Shown here piece by piece: positions 63,343 to 64,000 of a stretch of 64,000 bases of DNA. This stretch comes from an uncultured Spirochaetota bacterium. Lineage in GTDB: Bacteria > Spirochaetota > Spirochaetia > SZUA-6 > CAVTHK01. The position numbers and the translations under genes were made by a program. A model generated the notes under the pieces. It searched no databases, was not told the DNA's origin, and saw nothing but the letters and a program-made list of their open reading frames with translations. The DNA lies in assembly GCA_963734495.1 (NCBI GenBank), contig CAVTHK010000001.1, forward strand, positions 192,001-256,000. The letters are read 5' to 3'. Position 1 is the stretch's first letter. Every line of letters starts with the position of its first letter.

Positions 63343-64000
63343 ATGAGAATGCTCAAAGGCATCGCTCTGCTCATTCTCTGCCTGGTTGCGGCGCCCGTCC
63401 TGGCAACAGGCCAGAAAGAGGAACCAAAGGCCGGCGCCGCCGCTGCGGTCCAGGGCAGCGGCCAGCTCAAGTCCTATGCGACGCTGCAGGAATACGAGAA
63501 AGCGACGGGAAAGAAAGTCTCCACGTTCAGCGAGTCCCCCGTGCTCAAGAGCAAGGTGGCAGCGGGGACGCTCCCGCCGGTCGAAAAACGCCTGCCGGCG
63601 GAGCCGCTGGTCCTGCAGCCCCGGAACGAGATCGGCCGCTACGGCGGCATCTTCCGGGTGGGCTCCATAAACCCGGGTGCCGGAGGCACCGACGAGTACC
63701 TCTCCCGCTGTCAGCCTCTGGTGATTCTGACCCCCGATCTCAAGAGCATCGTTCCCAACATCGCCAAGGGGTGGAGCTTTTCCGACAACAACACAGTCTT
63801 CACTCTCTACCTCAGGAAAGGCATCAAGTGGTCCGACGGCGCCCCTTTCACAGCCGACGACTTCGTCTTCTGGTACGAGGACATCCTCCTCAATGACCAG
63901 CTCACCCCGGTCAAGCCGCGGGAGTGGTCGCCGGGCGGCAAGCTGGTGAAGGTCGAGAAGGTGGACGAGACGACGGTGCGGTTCACGTTCGGGCAGCCCT
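63343..64000 (+). CDS. family-5 ABC substrate-binding protein (paralogue of 54965-56985), truncated by window edge
   Basis: Not in ORF track. GGAGGT RBS; MRMLKGIALLILCLVAAPVLATGQKEE...GTLPPVEKRLPAEP...LRKGIKWSDGAPFTADD. Confidence 0.9.
   Translation, partial: MRMLKGIALLILCLVAAPVLATGQKEEPKAGAAAAVQGSGQLKSYATLQEYEKATGKKVSTFSESPVLKSKVAAGTLPPVEKRLPAEPLVLQPRNEIGRYGGIFRVGSINPGAGGTDEYLSRCQPLVILTPDLKSIVPNIAKGWSFSDNNTVFTLYLRKGIKWSDGAPFTADDFVFWYEDILLNDQLTPVKPREWSPGGKLVKVEKVDETTVRFTFGQP

Noticed and set aside
1-64000. CRISPR array, tRNA/rRNA, IS element, integrase or prophage
   Set aside because: No regularly spaced repeats, structural RNA signatures, terminal inverted repeats or mobility genes were recognised.

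Overview
High-GC bacterial DNA. The host is probably an uncultured Spirochaetia, inferred from FAxGxxE-type binding-protein N-termini. About 18-20 single-base indels break otherwise intact genes and look like long-read errors rather than pseudogenisation. Most of the window is carbohydrate uptake and catabolism: a CE15-type esterase; a YesM/YesN-type two-component system with a tandem two-domain binding lipoprotein and a ytfQRT-yjfF furanose ABC importer; two GH31s; a GH146-like/AraC/GH127 locus with a CUT1 ABC importer; and a two-sulfatase ABC island. There is also a QueG-like/metallo-hydrolase/ABM operon and a five-gene ABC + LolA-like + outer-membrane barrel operon. The standout is one ~17.4 kb gene (~5,800 aa once frameshifts are joined) behind a perfect-consensus sigma70 promoter. 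It encodes a LEPR-XLL-type giant surface protein with a metzincin domain, RTX repeats, a beta-propeller, PPC and PKD domains, and several lectin-like modules (discoidin, C-type lectin, 2x LamG, 2x jelly-roll). These modules are repeatedly inserted inside one another, Russian-doll style. No rRNA, tRNA, CRISPR array, integrase or transposase was recognised. All family calls are by-eye motif recognition; no database search was run.
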